From NCBI GenBank assembly GCA_963704165.1, contig CAVPHD010000001.1, positions 544,001 through 608,000 on the forward strand: a stretch of 64,000 bases of DNA. Direction: 5' to 3'. The notes under the pieces are model-generated. The model had not been told where the DNA came from, ran no database searches, and worked only from the letters and a program-made list of their open reading frames with translations. This document shows, piece after piece, positions 63,583 to 64,000 of the stretch (its first letter is position 1; each line of letters starts with the position of its first letter). The position numbers were made by a program, and so were the translations under genes. The DNA is from an uncultured delta proteobacterium (GTDB taxonomy: Bacteria > Myxococcota_A > UBA9160 > SZUA-336).

Positions 63583-64000
63583 TCAGAACGAGATGGTAGC
63601 CTCCGCGAAGGCGTAGTCAGCCTCATCGTCCTGGAATGCTACGTCGATCATCCCGCTGCCGAAGACGTGCGCGTAGTAGATGTTGAACGAGAGCCAGTTC
63701 ACGGGCTTCACCGTCACCGAAGCGTCGATCATCGTCCCGATCGACTTCCGGTCTCCACCCGTCGCGGTGCCCGAGAAGCCGAAGATCGAGTTGTTCGTCG
63801 CGCCGCCGCCCGCGTACAGGAAGTCGTCGTTCTGGCTCACCCGCAGCCAGTGCACCGTCGCTTGTGCGCTCACCATCGCATGGGGCTTCAGGACGAGCTG
63901 CCCGAACAGGTCGCGATTGTTCATCAGGTTGTAGAACGGGAACATCGCGTAGACGCGTGCGGTCGGAAGGATCTGGAAGAAGGTCTCGTGGTCGTCGTCG
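63583..64000 (-). CDS. Outer-membrane beta-barrel (alginate-export-like), C-terminal part
   Basis: TFFQILPT.R.YA.FPFYNLMN and amphipathic strands ending in ...EATISF; runs off the window end. Confidence 0.6.
   Translation of the reverse strand, partial: DDDHETFFQILPTARVYAMFPFYNLMNNRDLFGQLVLKPHAMVSAQATVHWLRVSQNDDFLYAGGGATNNSIFGFSGTATGGDRKSIGTMIDASVTVKPVNWLSFNIYYAHVFGSGMIDVAFQDDEADYAFAEATISF

Overview
High-GC bacterial chromosome segment. The gene set (standalone MXAN_5187-type protein, bactofilin after parAB, split F1/F0 atp clusters) suggests a Myxococcota/deltaproteobacterial-like lineage; this is inference. Most of the window is core genome around the replication origin: atpC-D-G-A-H-F-F', bactofilin-parB-parA-rsmG-jag-yidC-yidD-rnpA-rpmH <-> dnaA-oriC-dnaN-gyrB-gyrA-hemL-atpZ-I-B-E, then tmk-pnuC-NadR-like kinase, uvrA-pdxA-surA-PPIase-mfd, and a stand-alone rplC-rlmE pair. 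The one clear accessory element is a 3564-bp IS1595-family transposon (15469-19032; 22-bp imperfect TIRs, 8-bp GAAGTTCT target duplication). It is inserted inside the 5' end of bioF, and its right end supplies an in-frame TTG start with an SD-like motif. Its cargo is a DUF5343-like gene, then a ~315-nt highly structured spacer containing a D-stem-less tRNA-like RNA (Ala-type G3:U70/A73 acceptor, UGG in a 7-nt loop), then an NYN/PIN ribonuclease and small ORFs. This cassette is the best candidate for an undescribed system. Also notable: an Opp-type ABC + DHDPS-family aldolase + PfkB-KdsD/SIS fusion operon (possible Kdo/arabinose catabolism), a divergent DnaA, and rlmE starting at ACG in frame behind the rplC stop. 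Several conserved genes carry small frameshifts that look like sequencing/assembly errors.
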